From contig JAYUFH010000206.1 in the NCBI GenBank assembly GCA_043738765.1, positions 1 through 34,923 on the forward strand: a stretch of DNA of 34,923 nt. The letters are read 5' to 3'. Origin of the DNA: Pseudomonadota bacterium. GTDB taxonomy: Bacteria; Pseudomonadota; Gammaproteobacteria; Acidiferrobacterales; UBA6901. Numbering within the stretch: the stretch's first letter is position 1; every line of letters begins with the position of its first letter. Positions 33,956 to 34,923 of this stretch are shown here, one piece after another. The notes under the pieces were generated by a model. That model had not been told where the DNA came from. It did not search any database and was given only the letters and a program-made list of their open reading frames with translations. A program made the translations under genes and the position numbers.

Positions 33956-34923
33956 CTACTTCGGGCGGCCTGAATACCCAGCCGCCTCACGCAGAGCGTC
34001 GGCGTCCAGGAGCTGGCCATCCAGCATGACCACTCGAGTCTGGCGCAGGTCGGTGATATGAGTGGAAGGATCGCCAGCCACCAGCGCGAGGTCCGCCGCC
34101 TTGCCTACCTTGATCGAGCCGGTGTGCTGATCCGCGCCCACAAGCCGGGCCGGAACGATGGTTGCCGCCGCGAGTGCCTCGCCCGGCGTAAAGCCCGCGT
34201 TAGTGTAGATTTCAAGCTCGCGAACCAGCTCGATCCCCGAACCATCCGTGCCGGCGACAATAGGAATACCCGCGTGGTGCATGCGCTCCAGCAGCTTAAC
34301 CATTTTCGCCCAACTCGCCCGGTAGTCAGCGCGCGTCAAATCCTTGGGTACAGCGAAACCGCCGGTCCGGAATTGCCGTTCGACAGTAGGCGGGAGCGTT
34401 CCGACGAACGGCGCATAAGAAGGCGACAGGTCGCCGTTCTCAGGGACGTATAAACTCTCAAATGCCACCATGGTCGGATCGCTATAGATGTGCTTGCGGG
34501 CCATCGTGGACACGATCCCGGTCATTGCCGGACCATCCAAATCGACATCCTTGGCATAACGTCCTGGTGCCTCGAAACGTGCGCTGCCGTTGGAAACGGG
34601 AATCACACTCTCGGGCATCGCCTGCATGATGATCCAATTGATGTGGGTGATCTCATCGTAACCGTCGTTGATTGCGTCCATGGGCCGGATCCCGGCCGGG
34701 ATATGACCATGGACGTGCAGCCCGAGCTTGTGCGCTTCGTTGATGCTGGCTGGAAGCCAGGCGGGATTGAAGGTGCCGTAGAACTTGACTCCCGTGAACC
34801 CGTTGGCCTTGGCCTTATCAACTAAAGCGATCGCTTCAGCCTCGCTGGTCGCGAGGTTAGCGACCTGTGCGGCGTAGGGGCCTTTCCCATCAATCAGCGA
34901 CGATGGATACACGTGCGGGAACA
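33956..34923 (-). CDS. Amidohydrolase family protein (C-terminal part; start lies beyond the window)
   Basis: VKFY, HVHGH, EITH, VAGTDG and GSIKVGKAADL motifs; the frame stays open to the window edge. Confidence 0.9.
   Translation of the reverse strand, partial: FPHVYPSSLIDGKGPYAAQVANLATSEAEAIALVDKAKANGFTGVKFYGTFNPAWLPASINEAHKLGLHVHGHIPAGIRPMDAINDGYDEITHINWIIMQAMPESVIPVSNGSARFEAPGRYAKDVDLDGPAMTGIVSTMARKHIYSDPTMVAFESLYVPENGDLSPSYAPFVGTLPPTVERQFRTGGFAVPKDLTRADYRASWAKMVKLLERMHHAGIPIVAGTDGSGIELVRELEIYTNAGFTPGEALAAATIVPARLVGADQHTGSIKVGKAADLALVAGDPSTHITDLRQTRVVMLDGQLLDADALREAAGYSGRPK

Noticed and set aside
29214-34061. Long plus-strand ORFs 29214..30308, 30655..31611 and 32826..34061
   Set aside because: They are antisense shadows of well-supported genes (TBDR, serine hydrolase, dipeptidase). 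They lack motifs and are expected in GC-rich DNA.
1-34923. Integron cassette array, CRISPR array, prophage or defence island as an explanation for the patchwork of genes
   Set aside because: Genes lie in both orientations. I saw no attC-like GTTRRRY/RYYYAAC pairing pattern, no regularly spaced repeats, and no integrase, transposase, cas, phage or nuclease genes.

Overview
A GC-rich proteobacterial chromosomal window; the gene families and codon style resemble Steroidobacteraceae-type Gammaproteobacteria, which is an inference. It holds about 30 mostly unlinked accessory and catabolic genes. Many encode exported or membrane-anchored hydrolases: an MBL-fold protein, a DUF885-like protein, an alpha/beta hydrolase, an S9 peptidase, a NodB-type deacetylase, a class C beta-lactamase-family serine hydrolase, an SGNH esterase, an M19 dipeptidase and an amidohydrolase. 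Other genes are a CoA-transferase and enoyl-CoA hydratase pair, a GMC oxidoreductase, a 7-bladed beta-propeller lipoprotein, a LysR regulator and a DUF2975/XRE-HTH operon with a visible operator. A Tat-exported PuuB-like flavoprotein sits next to a cytochrome c, and a probable acetylpolyamine scavenging cluster comprises an APC permease, an HDAC-family deacetylase and a TonB-dependent receptor. No rRNA, tRNA, CRISPR array, transposase or integrase was seen. Reading outside the ORF track revealed five things: an M20 peptidase pseudogene collapsed by about four internal deletions, a start-less TraD/TrwB coupling-protein C-terminal remnant, an Hsp20 N-terminal remnant, a GNAT gene whose apparent start is ATA, and a 72-nt hairpin-forming in-frame insert inside a YecA/UPF0149 gene. 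No clearly novel multi-gene system is proven by the sequence alone.
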